From a virus, in the IMG/VR virus record IMGVR_UViG_3300044825_001572, positions 1 to 64,000 of that record: a stretch of DNA of 64,000 nucleotides; one strand, 5' to 3'. Positions within the stretch are counted from its first letter, which is position 1; every line of letters begins with the position of its first letter. A model generated the notes under the pieces. That model did not search any database, was not told the origin of the DNA, and saw only the letters and a list, made by a program, of their open reading frames with translations. Both the position numbers and the translations under genes were made by a program. Of this stretch, positions 1-7,685 are shown in pieces.

Positions 1-48
1 ATTCCAAGTTTGTCCTCTTTCAATACATCGGGGGCATTTGTAAGTCAT
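1..48 (-). CDS. 5' end of a hypothetical gene running off the window (MTYKCPRCIERGQTWN...)
   Basis: ATG at 48 overlaps the upstream stop; CxxC near N-terminus. Confidence 0.5.
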   Translation of the reverse strand, partial: MTYKCPRCIERGQTWN

Positions 49-221
49 CGGTCAAAGTATCCAGAAGGTTTATAATCACTCAGATATTGAGTTTTGATTA
101 GAACATCAAAAGGGTCAATATCTGGGAATTTCTCTTTGATGAAGATTTTACATTCTTCACGACTGGTAAATGCACAAAAGATTTGACCTTCGTAGTATGC
201 GACTTCAATTGATTCAATCAT
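45..221 (-). CDS. hypothetical protein (start trimmed to MIESIE)
   Basis: Track ORF 45..287; ATG at 221 overlaps upstream stop as in rest of operon. Confidence 0.6.
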   Translation of the reverse strand: MIESIEVAYYEGQIFCAFTSREECKIFIKEKFPDIDPFDVLIKTQYLSDYKPSGYFDR

Positions 222-495
222 TCTCAAACTCCTTTTTGAGTTGTTCGTACTGCTTACGACGATGTTCTTTCCAGGATTGTTCTTCACTCATACGAAGGTT
301 GTACTCTTCATCAGTTTCAAGTCGTTCTTTGTAGAGATAGTATTCTTTTTGATTATCATAATCATATTCACTTTCAAGACCTGCCCAACCAGCATCTAAT
401 TCTGCTTGAAGTGAGGAAATAATGTCTTCAAGTGTTCCGTCAAAGTCCCCATAATACTTTTGTGTTTCTTTGACTTGAATGCGTTTGATAGTCAT
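214..495 (-). CDS. hypothetical acidic protein (start trimmed to MTIKRI)
   Basis: Track ORF 214..693 overlaps the next gene; ATG at 495 abuts upstream stop. Confidence 0.65.
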   Translation of the reverse strand: MTIKRIQVKETQKYYGDFDGTLEDIISSLQAELDAGWAGLESEYDYDNQKEYYLYKERLETDEEYNLRMSEEQSWKEHRRKQYEQLKKEFEND

Positions 496-496
496 T

Positions 497-700
497 TCAG
501 TTCTTAAAAAGTTTGTAGATTGCGTCTGCGATTGCAAGTGCCTCTTCTTTTTCCATAGTAATATGAGTATGCCGTTTTCCATCTTGCCAATATGAAATAG
601 TGCAACCATCCATACTGGTGGCAATATTTGAGTCTTCAACTGTATAATACCATTCCTCATCAGGAAGGATGTTGATGCAGGTGCTGGTGTCAATTGCCAT
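497..700 (-). CDS. hypothetical protein (start trimmed to MAIDTS)
   Basis: AAGGA RBS and promoter cassette directly upstream of ATG 700. Confidence 0.7.
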   Translation of the reverse strand: MAIDTSTCINILPDEEWYYTVEDSNIATSMDGCTISYWQDGKRHTHITMEKEEALAIADAIYKLFKN

Positions 701-711
701 TTGGAGTTCCT

Positions 712-784
712 TTGTGTGTATGAGAGTATTATACGACATCAGGAAGCACCTGTGGGATGCTTCTGTGCCAGTTCGTCAAGTGTT
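712..784 (-). promoter_or_regulatory. early promoter/stem-loop cassette, copy 1
   Basis: ACACTTGACGAACTGGCAC box, GAAGCA..TGCTTC hairpin, TATAAT (733-728), CTCATACAC. Confidence 0.7.
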
Positions 785-1072
785 TACATAAACCTCAAAG
801 GTTATTTTTGTTCCATACATTATATCTATTTCCATACTCATACTGGATACTTGTGCCTCACCATTTTTGACTTTTTCTACGACTTGATGAAAAGAAACAT
901 TCACACTATTAATGTCATAAGATTTAATTTTACTAACAGGAATAGTTGAAGTGTCCCGAAGTTTTTCCAGTTCTTCTGCATATGACTTTTCACCCTTATA
1001 ATAATCTGGTTTTGGTTCTTCTTTCTTTCCGTAGAGTTCATTATATTTTTCTATGAGAGGATTAGTTATCAT
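776..1072 (-). CDS. hypothetical protein
   Basis: ORF track; start overlaps upstream stop. Confidence 0.65.
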   Translation of the reverse strand: MITNPLIEKYNELYGKKEEPKPDYYKGEKSYAEELEKLRDTSTIPVSKIKSYDINSVNVSFHQVVEKVKNGEAQVSSMSMEIDIMYGTKITFEVYVNT

Positions 1073-1626
1073 ACATCAACCCAACGGAAATCCAAAAGTT
1101 TATTCATAAAGAACCGAACAATCGCAGTCGGTTTCTTATTCATATAATATCTCAAATATCCATTACCAAAGGTATAATATCCAACTTCTTTACCACCCGA
1201 TTTGATTACAAAACTGGAAGTAATATTACCACCAGTCGCAGTAAGTTTAGAGTAATCTAATTTTGCTGGAAAACTTCCATTCCTGCGAGCATACTCAATA
1301 TCCTCAATAATCCTTGTAATCTTTTTACTAAACTGATACTCTTGATAGTATTTGAGTTGTGCGAACTTATATTCTACATCCTTAATATGTTTATCAATCT
1401 TCTTATCAAACTCTTGATAGATTTCTTCCAGAGTTTTAGGTTTCTCTGGAATTTTGAGAAATGGTTTGACTACCTCAAAAAATTCATAGTTTTCAGCAAC
1501 ACGCATAGGAGAAAGAAGATGTGCTAAATCACTCATCGTTGCCTTTGAGAATTTTTCTACATCAATCTCATACCAATTTGGTTGATTGATTTTCAGTTCA
1601 AAAATAGGTTTTTCGGTCATCATCAT
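1069..1626 (-). CDS. hypothetical protein
   Basis: ORF track, 185 aa in operon. Confidence 0.7.
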   Translation of the reverse strand: MMMTEKPIFELKINQPNWYEIDVEKFSKATMSDLAHLLSPMRVAENYEFFEVVKPFLKIPEKPKTLEEIYQEFDKKIDKHIKDVEYKFAQLKYYQEYQFSKKITRIIEDIEYARRNGSFPAKLDYSKLTATGGNITSSFVIKSGGKEVGYYTFGNGYLRYYMNKKPTAIVRFFMNKLLDFRWVDV

Positions 1627-1777
1627 TCAAAGTAAATTTTACATTCTCAATCCAACGATGAGACAAAATTGCTTCCGCAAGAGCAGAGGCACCAAGAGAA
1701 TTAGAACCATCCACTTCCCGAATAATGTCTGCTAATTTCAAAATGTGTCCTACTTTTGGTGGTAGTTTGTTAGTCAT
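1598..1777 (-). CDS. hypothetical 59-aa protein not in ORF track (MTNKLPPK...IIREVDGSNSLGASALAEAILSH...)
   Basis: Manual translation; first ATG after promoter cassette 2. Confidence 0.65.
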   Translation of the reverse strand: MTNKLPPKVGHILKLADIIREVDGSNSLGASALAEAILSHRWIENVKFTLNDDDRKTYF

Positions 1778-1788
1778 TAGATGTCTTC

Positions 1789-1857
1789 GTGTATGAAGTC
1801 ATTATACAATAAAAGGCACCCGATTTCAAGTGCCCTTGTGTCTGTTTGAGAATTGTC
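1789..1857 (-). promoter_or_regulatory. early promoter/stem-loop cassette, copy 2
   Basis: TTGAAA (1829-1824) N17 TATAAT (1806-1801); GGCAC/GTGCC hairpin over -35; ACTTCATACAC downstream. Confidence 0.75.
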
Positions 1858-2602
1858 TTTTTTTCTTCATCATTCCAAGAACCCATCCTTCACCAGGACA
1901 TTTTACAGACATTTTGTTATTTCCACATCCATCATTCCACCATTTTTTACCATAATTATGGTTTTTTTCACCTTTAATTGTTTCACTATGTTTTCTTTTA
2001 ACTTCTTCATTCCTTCCAGGAAACCAACCCTCACCAGGACATTCTACGACAAATTTTGTATTACCATAACCATCATTCCACCATTTTCTTCCTTTCTGAC
2101 TTTCACTCATTTTACTTTTTCTTTCTATAGAGTGTGGTTTGCCTTTATGAGATTTACTCATTTTTTTTCTCGATTCTTCCGACATTATTTTACCCGTATG
2201 AGATTTACTCATTCTTTTTCTTACTTCTTCAGAATGAGATTTGCCGTACATCGGATTTTTTTCACTAGAATATTTAAGTTTTTTTAATTCACTTTGTTTT
2301 CTTCTGGTTTCTTCACTTATAACAGCACCAGAAGGACCTTCCCCACCATCGGTTTTATTATGAAGAATACCATTTCCCAAATCTTTTCTACCGAACACGG
2401 CAATCATATATTTTTCGTGCCTAAATGCATCTTCTTCTGTTAGGTTCTCTTTTAAGAAGATTATTCTTGATTTGTCTTTCGGTGGTTTTATTTCGTTTTT
2501 ATTTCTTGTATATGCTCTTTTTCCACTACCTTTACCGATATAGTAAGGAGTTTTGTCTTTCCGCAAATATGCGTAAGTATAAAACCTATTAGGATTTACC
2601 AT
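1826..2602 (-). CDS. free-standing GIY-YIG homing endonuclease with NUMOD3 repeats
   Basis: FYTYAY...YYIGKG..R...E...N GIY-YIG motifs; (H/M)SEE.RKKMS.SH.GK repeats; two WWNDG.GN.K..V.CPGEGW repeats. Confidence 0.88.
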   Translation of the reverse strand: MVNPNRFYTYAYLRKDKTPYYIGKGSGKRAYTRNKNEIKPPKDKSRIIFLKENLTEEDAFRHEKYMIAVFGRKDLGNGILHNKTDGGEGPSGAVISEETRRKQSELKKLKYSSEKNPMYGKSHSEEVRKRMSKSHTGKIMSEESRKKMSKSHKGKPHSIERKSKMSESQKGRKWWNDGYGNTKFVVECPGEGWFPGRNEEVKRKHSETIKGEKNHNYGKKWWNDGCGNNKMSVKCPGEGWVLGMMKKKRQFSNRHKGT

Positions 2603-2627
2603 TTCTATTCTATTAAGACGGCATTAT

Positions 2628-2635
2628 TATTTATA
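2628..2635 (-). promoter_or_regulatory. T4-type late promoter for the endonuclease
   Basis: Exact TATAAATA 25 nt upstream of ATG. Confidence 0.75.
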
Positions 2636-2639
2636 ATAG

Positions 2640-2661
2640 AAAAGGTGCCCCGAAGGACACC
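2640..2661 (-). terminator. intrinsic terminator with cUUCGg tetraloop
   Basis: GGTGTCC-TTCG-GGGCACC-TTTT. Confidence 0.75.
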
Positions 2662-2697
2662 TAATCTTATCTGTAGAGATTGCCGTCTTAACAGATG
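2640..2697 (-). ncRNA. candidate ~55-nt late sRNA antisense to the endonuclease leader
   Basis: Own TATAAATA (2709-2702); AUCUGU/ACAGAU stem; terminator; 11 nt perfectly complementary to 2613-2623. Confidence 0.55.
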
Positions 2698-2701
2698 TTA
2701 T

Positions 2702-2709
2702 TATTTATA
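2702..2709 (-). promoter_or_regulatory. T4-type late promoter upstream of the candidate sRNA
   Basis: Exact TATAAATA; 12-bp TATAAATAATAA repeated at 2635-2624. Confidence 0.7.
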
Positions 2710-2830
2710 GTAGTTCATCATCTTCGGGAAGAGAAACAGACATATTCAAAATCTCAAAAAGATTTCGCACATCTTTGAGAGTTTTAATTTTACTTGTGTC
2801 TAATTTATGATTTAGTCGTTGTTTAGTCAT
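2705..2830 (-). CDS. 41-aa hypothetical, possibly truncated (MTKQRLNHKLDTSKIKTLKDV...)
   Basis: Manual translation; its stop TAA lies inside the late promoter. Confidence 0.45.
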   Translation of the reverse strand: MTKQRLNHKLDTSKIKTLKDVRNLFEILNMSVSLPEDDELL

Positions 2831-3033
2831 AATGCCGAATTAAACCCATATTCGTGTGCGATTGCTATTTTTTGAAGGTCTTTGATTTGAGTTTCAAGAC
2901 TATCAATTCTATCAATAAGTTCTCCAAAAAGACCAATCAGGCATTCATAGTCAATAGTTTCTGTAGTTTCACCATCTTCCCTACTGGAATAAGTGAAATA
3001 GCATAATTCGTTCTTTAGATTTCGTTCAGTCAT
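2827..3033 (-). CDS. hypothetical protein
   Basis: ORF track. Confidence 0.65.
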   Translation of the reverse strand: MTERNLKNELCYFTYSSREDGETTETIDYECLIGLFGELIDRIDSLETQIKDLQKIAIAHEYGFNSAL

Positions 3034-3187
3034 TTTTCTCTATTTCAAGTTTAGTTTCGGGACATATATTTCCTCGTCTAATATCTGAGGAAGAAATGCG
3101 AAACTTTTCTTCTCCATTAGTATAAAAAATCAAATCATCTGAGTTTTCTTGTGTTTCAGTTTTATCATCCATCATAAGTTTGCCCAT
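3026..3187 (-). CDS. ~50-aa hypothetical resembling a single tail-fibre repeat
   Basis: Manual translation DLIFYTNGEEKFRISSS...PETKLEI; fills operon gap. Confidence 0.45.
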   Translation of the reverse strand: MGKLMMDDKTETQENSDDLIFYTNGEEKFRISSSDIRRGNICPETKLEIEKND

Positions 3188-3329
3188 AATTCAAGTATTT
3201 CCAGAACAATTCTCTCATCTTTTCTTCATTTGTAAATCCATCAAGGTGCATCCATAGAAGATTTCTCCAAGAATACACACAATATTCAAGAAGATGATAA
3301 GAAGTCCAGAAAGTCCATTTAGATTTCAT
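3165..3329 (-). CDS. 54-aa Trp-rich hypothetical
   Basis: Manual translation MKSKWTFWTSYHLLEYCVYSW... Confidence 0.5.
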   Translation of the reverse strand: MKSKWTFWTSYHLLEYCVYSWRNLLWMHLDGFTNEEKMRELFWKYLNYGQTYDG

Positions 3330-3581
3330 TAGTCATCAGAGAGCAATAGCATACATTAGAAGGAAAAATAGTGCCGTAAGGAACAAGATTGTTGGTTTAT
3401 CTCTTAGATACTGGGCAATAAAAATATTTGCAATGATAAGCAAAACTTGTGCGTCAGTCATAATCCCAAAATCGTTGTTCCACCAATTCTAACACATCAG
3501 GAGGCACATAAGAAGTGTCTGTGGTTTTTGGAAGTTTTGCGATTTCTTCCATAATGAGTTCATACTCTATGAGTGCGTAGT

Positions 3582-3821
3582 TCACTCTGCTTTCACCCCA
3601 CCATAAGTATCAAAGTATGGTTTAGGAAACTTTGTAGGTTCTGTGTTGATGAATGGACTTGATGGAGGTTGTGGTGGATGCTTAAACAGGTATTCTTCAA
3701 TCACATTACAATACCAAGCTTGTTCATCAGTATAAGAATATTGAGCATAAGAGATTGCGTGTTCTTTAGATGAGAATGCTCCAATAAACTCATCGTTGTA
3801 GTAAAGGGAATAAACTTTCAT
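3582..3821 (-). CDS. hypothetical protein
   Basis: ORF track. Confidence 0.65.
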   Translation of the reverse strand: MKVYSLYYNDEFIGAFSSKEHAISYAQYSYTDEQAWYCNVIEEYLFKHPPQPPSSPFINTEPTKFPKPYFDTYGGVKAE

Positions 3822-4003
3822 AGGTCTTCAATTTCTTCTGATAATTTTAGCATATCAGGAGCAGCAATCATACCAAAACCATCTTGTAGTTGATTGATTG
3901 TCTCACGGAGAGCAGCAGCAACAGAATACTTATCATAATAATGAGGAGTTCTATTCACAGGTTGATAGAATGCTTCCATAATCTTTTGTGCTCTTTTGGT
4001 CAT
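3818..4003 (-). CDS. small paralog family member A
   Basis: AQKIMEAFY...AAALRE...EIEDL. Confidence 0.7.
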   Translation of the reverse strand: MTKRAQKIMEAFYQPVNRTPHYYDKYSVAAALRETINQLQDGFGMIAAPDMLKLSEEIEDL

Positions 4004-4212
4004 AGGTCTTCAATTTCATCAGCAACTTTATTGATGTCTTCCATAATTTTATGGACTATCTCCCATTCAGCATACTGCATATAAGGAAGCACTACTTCCA
4101 TAACAACTTCACGGAGAACATTCGCAACAACGATTTTGTCTGGAAGTGGTTCTTTATCCCAAGTTTCATCCTTATAGAATGCTTCCATAATCCTTTGTGC
4201 TGTGTCTTTCAT
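4000..4212 (-). CDS. small paralog family member B
   Basis: AQRIMEAFY...ANVLRE...EIEDL. Confidence 0.7.
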   Translation of the reverse strand: MKDTAQRIMEAFYKDETWDKEPLPDKIVVANVLREVVMEVVLPYMQYAEWEIVHKIMEDINKVADEIEDL

Positions 4213-4445
4213 AGTAGTTCAAGTTCATCACAAATACAATCAATTTCTTTGAGACACTCATCCCATCCATTGTTGAACATTACTTCCAGTTCATCAGTAA
4301 AATCAATTGGATGAGTTCCTGATAATTGCCCACGAAGTTTTTCTAAAACTTCTTTTAGTGTCCAAGCAAGATTATGATGCTCACTATCCATCAGAACACT
4401 CAATAACTCCGATGCCCTTTCTTGATTGGTCATTTTATTCTCCAC
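4209..4445 (-). CDS. hypothetical; possibly a distant member of the same family
   Basis: ERASELL...LAWTLKEV...DELELL. Confidence 0.6.
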   Translation of the reverse strand: MENKMTNQERASELLSVLMDSEHHNLAWTLKEVLEKLRGQLSGTHPIDFTDELEVMFNNGWDECLKEIDCICDELELL

Positions 4446-4698
4446 CTATATGACTTGTTGGTTTTCCATCAGGATTGCGCGATACACTTTCTACCCATTC
4501 TGAACCATCATAGACAGCAGGGAAGTAAATACGATTTGTAGTCCAAAGAGTAAATGGTGCTCCTTCACTACCACCAAAACCACAATCAAACTCTTTGAGT
4601 AGTTCTTCCTCTGTGAGAGTAGAACTTACAACATCGTCAAAGGTTTCTTTGCGTTTATTCATTTCGTGTTGAATGAGTTCTTTCCAGTTAGTGTTCAT
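4435..4698 (-). CDS. hypothetical protein
   Basis: ORF track; FDCGFGGSEGAPFTLWT..R.YFP..YDG.EWV.SV.RNP looks like a conserved core. Confidence 0.7.
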   Translation of the reverse strand: MNTNWKELIQHEMNKRKETFDDVVSSTLTEEELLKEFDCGFGGSEGAPFTLWTTNRIYFPAVYDGSEWVESVSRNPDGKPTSHIGGE

Positions 4699-4937
4699 TT
4701 TTCACTCCTCACAACTTGACCATCATCAAACAACTCATAAAACCTCACTTCTCTTTTTGGTTTTTGTTTCCTGCGGTCTCTTTCCCGCTCAAGAATAGCA
4801 ATAGCAGCATAAGATGCCTGTTCCATATCAGGTTGAGGAAACCCTACTTCTTCCCAAAAAAATCCCCAATACCTTTTGTAGATGTAATAAAGAAGAGTTC
4901 CAGTTCTGGTGTATTTTGGAGCAATTTTGAGTTTCAT
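4695..4937 (-). CDS. hypothetical protein
   Basis: ORF track. Confidence 0.6.
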   Translation of the reverse strand: MKLKIAPKYTRTGTLLYYIYKRYWGFFWEEVGFPQPDMEQASYAAIAILERERDRRKQKPKREVRFYELFDDGQVVRSEK

Positions 4938-5107
4938 AATCAGAAATCAATTGTTAGTCAGTAGTTTTAAGAGTTGTAGAACAAAGAAAAGCAACTAAAA
5001 GAAACCATCCCCATCCTTCAGTACCTTTGGATGCGAGATTAACTGCTCCAATCACACAAGCAATAGAGACAGCATTAGAGACCAGTAGCAGGAGTGTAGG
5101 ATCCATT

Positions 5108-5395
5108 TTAAAAGTCAATCAAACGAAGAAAGTTTTTGAAATGGTCAAGCATAGAAAGTTCTTTGATTTCAACAGGGATTTCTCTATGTTCAAAGTTTTT
5201 CCCAAGATGACCACAAAGTTCTTCACTACCCCGTGCTTCATTACAAAGCGTATTCATTTGTGTTACTTCACCAGTAATGTAGTTTGTTTTTTCCCAACCA
5301 TAAAACTTACAAGTATCAACTGTGAATACATTATCATACACATTAGCATTGTGATAATACTTACAGTTTCTACAAGCAGGGATTTGAGAAGTCAT
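5108..5395 (-). CDS. Cys-rich hypothetical protein (start trimmed to MTSQIP)
   Basis: CxxC plus further Cys; first ATG after promoter cassette 3. Confidence 0.65.
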   Translation of the reverse strand: MTSQIPACRNCKYYHNANVYDNVFTVDTCKFYGWEKTNYITGEVTQMNTLCNEARGSEELCGHLGKNFEHREIPVEIKELSMLDHFKNFLRLIDF

Positions 5396-5402
5396 CGGTT
5401 TG

Positions 5403-5473
5403 TTGTGTATGAAGTTATTATAGGGCAAAATCACCGACCTTTGTGGGGTCAGTGGTCAGTTCATCAAGTGTCC
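5403..5473 (-). promoter_or_regulatory. early promoter/stem-loop cassette, copy 3
   Basis: GACACTTGATGAACTGACCA box, GACC/GGTC hairpin, TATAAT (5422-5417), ACTTCATACAC. Confidence 0.7.
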
Positions 5474-5688
5474 AGTTCTTCAATTACCTTCACAAGGTCT
5501 TTCACATTTACCACAGGAATGCCGTGGTCTCCATCAATATCATAATTTGTATATCCCAATTCGGATATTACTTTCAATAGTGCCGTAGCAAGTGCTTGTC
5601 GTTGGTCTTCTGTTGCCTCACCAATAATTTCACCGTTGAATGCTTCCCAGATTTTTTGTGCTTTTTCAGTCATCAGGTAAAGAGGCAA
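5464..5688 (-). CDS. small paralog family member C
   Basis: MTEKAQKIWEAF...LATALLKV...IEEL. Confidence 0.65.
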   Translation of the reverse strand: MPLYLMTEKAQKIWEAFNGEIIGEATEDQRQALATALLKVISELGYTNYDIDGDHGIPVVNVKDLVKVIEELDT

Positions 5689-5848
5689 TAAGTTTTACGA
5701 TATGATAGTATTGTTTATAATGGTCTGAATAATTGAAATCTATCTCGGCATCTTCTTTTGTTAGGTAAATGACTTGATTACTCTTATGAAGGTCAGCATA
5801 AACTTTATTATCCTGCCTTTTGAGCATTATGGTATAAAAAATAGTCAT
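5666..5848 (-). CDS. hypothetical protein
   Basis: ORF track. Confidence 0.6.
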   Translation of the reverse strand: MTIFYTIMLKRQDNKVYADLHKSNQVIYLTKEDAEIDFNYSDHYKQYYHIVKLIASLPDD

Positions 5849-6126
5849 ACCAACTCCAATCGTGAATTACCATTTACATCAAAAATTACTTTGACCTGAT
5901 ATTCGTGAGATGCGTTGATTCTCCACATAGCATCTTTAAATTCTTGAGTTTCTTTTTCTGGATACTTGGGAACAAGTTTGAAGTTCTCATCGTATTCATT
6001 ACAATCAACATCACCAAGATAATGAAGATTTAGGAAACGACGAAGTTGTTGCTTTTGTTCGTGGTCAAGTTGAATTCGTACAAATGTAATGAATTCGTTT
6101 GATACTTTAGGTTCTTGTTCAGTCAT
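5845..6126 (-). CDS. hypothetical protein
   Basis: ORF track. Confidence 0.65.
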   Translation of the reverse strand: MTEQEPKVSNEFITFVRIQLDHEQKQQLRRFLNLHYLGDVDCNEYDENFKLVPKYPEKETQEFKDAMWRINASHEYQVKVIFDVNGNSRLELV

Positions 6127-6129
6127 TTC

Positions 6130-6324
6130 TCAATCACAATAGTGGTAAATAGGTTCCTTATATTTTCTCAACAACCTTACTGCTTCGGTTGCCTCTTCAA
6201 GTGTCTCAAAGTTTTTATCAAGAAACAACACATATTCTTTTTGAAGAATGTTATATCGTTGAATAGCAAAGTAAGGTTTTAGAGTGTGCTTATTGAGACA
6301 CTCAGCAATTCTGTAATTGTTCAT
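6130..6324 (-). CDS. hypothetical protein
   Basis: ORF track. Confidence 0.65.
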   Translation of the reverse strand: MNNYRIAECLNKHTLKPYFAIQRYNILQKEYVLFLDKNFETLEEATEAVRLLRKYKEPIYHYCD

Positions 6325-6566
6325 TTTTTCAATTCATTTAGTTCCATAATAAGATTTTGAATATCTTCTACATCTACATAAGTTCCAGAATATCCAATAT
6401 CACCATCATCACAAGTTTCATGTTCGTAAGAAAAGTTATTCAGTAGATACTCAAGAACAGCAACACACACATCTACACGGTCATTTTTTCTTGGTCGTAG
6501 AGTATATTCTTTAGTAACTTCAATCAGTCTTTGTGCATATGTATCTGGTTCTAGTGGATTATCCAT
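6321..6566 (-). CDS. hypothetical protein
   Basis: ORF track. Confidence 0.65.
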   Translation of the reverse strand: MDNPLEPDTYAQRLIEVTKEYTLRPRKNDRVDVCVAVLEYLLNNFSYEHETCDDGDIGYSGTYVDVEDIQNLIMELNELKK

Positions 6567-7007
6567 TTATACTCTCTCCATTTTAGCAAGTGGTTCAGTT
6601 CCAAATTTCATAGGAGTATCCCAAGAACATCCAATCATATTACTCCAATCTCTTGGAGAATTGAAGTCTTTTACCCAACCTTTTTCAATTGCACATTCCC
6701 AAGAAAGTTGGTGTCTCAAAACCTGATATAAATCCCAAGCAATATCATGGATTTCAGGTAATTCTGGATGACCTACACCAAAATGACGTCTCCACCCATC
6801 AATACTATCTTCAAGAATTTCAGGCATTCTTTTAGTAAGTTCATCTTGAATTTCGTGATAGACACTCCAATTAATATCTTTTTTAAGAGGAAGATGTTCA
6901 AATGCCTCACGAATTTGACCCCCTTGAATACGAGATAGAAGTTCACAAGCATCCATTATTGTTTTTGCTTGCTTTTCAGTAATAGTAAGAGTATAAGTTT
7001 TAGTCAT
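6567..7007 (-). CDS. hypothetical protein
   Basis: ORF track, 146 aa. Confidence 0.7.
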   Translation of the reverse strand: MTKTYTLTITEKQAKTIMDACELLSRIQGGQIREAFEHLPLKKDINWSVYHEIQDELTKRMPEILEDSIDGWRRHFGVGHPELPEIHDIAWDLYQVLRHQLSWECAIEKGWVKDFNSPRDWSNMIGCSWDTPMKFGTEPLAKMERV

Positions 7008-7336
7008 TCTTGGGTAGTTTGATTTTGTTGCACTGATGATGTAGGTGCTGGTGGTGTAGGTGCTGGTGGTGGTAGTGTAGCAGGTTTTGGTGGTTGTACT
7101 TGGGTATCAATAGGCGGTTGTGGAAGTGTTACAGCAGAAGGTGGATTTACATTCGTCAGTTGCTTTTCAAGTCCTGAAATCTGTTGCTGAAGTTCAGTAA
7201 TATGAGTTTCGTATTTTGTATTAACTTCTTCTGTGGATTTTACTTGACTATCTTGTGCTAGTTTAAATCCCGCAATGGACGCACCAAAGATTGATGTAAG
7301 TGCTGCTACGACTGAAACAGTTTTAGAAAAACTCAT
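7004..7336 (-). CDS. membrane-anchored coiled-coil, proline-rich protein
   Basis: N-terminal hydrophobic segment, heptad stretch, PPPAPTPPAPT tail. Confidence 0.65.
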   Translation of the reverse strand: MSFSKTVSVVAALTSIFGASIAGFKLAQDSQVKSTEEVNTKYETHITELQQQISGLEKQLTNVNPPSAVTLPQPPIDTQVQPPKPATLPPPAPTPPAPTSSVQQNQTTQE

Positions 7337-7685
7337 CTTCCTCCAAATTAATAATTTCGAAGTCTTGTACTATACCACATTTAAAGTGGATTTTACATCG
7401 TTTATATGGATTATCATACACTTCAATATACTTTGTAATATAAACAGGCGTTACTTTCCCATGATTTCCATTAGGAATCCATTTAAATAATGGAAAATCA
7501 CTATTTGTTTTTATTGGGTCTGCGGTTTCACTAATGTCTACTAAAAATAATCTACCTACATTATCAATCCAATAAAAATCTAAAGTTCCACCAATACAGT
7601 CTTGGATATCTTTTGTCTGTAAGTCTTTATCTGTAAATTCTTCTCCTAGGTCAAAAGAAGATCTTATTGTGTCATAAAGTCCCAT
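7323..7685 (-). CDS. hypothetical protein
   Basis: ORF track; MGLYD...QTKD N-terminus typical of a phage family. Confidence 0.7.
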   Translation of the reverse strand: MGLYDTIRSSFDLGEEFTDKDLQTKDIQDCIGGTLDFYWIDNVGRLFLVDISETADPIKTNSDFPLFKWIPNGNHGKVTPVYITKYIEVYDNPYKRCKIHFKCGIVQDFEIINLEEDEFF

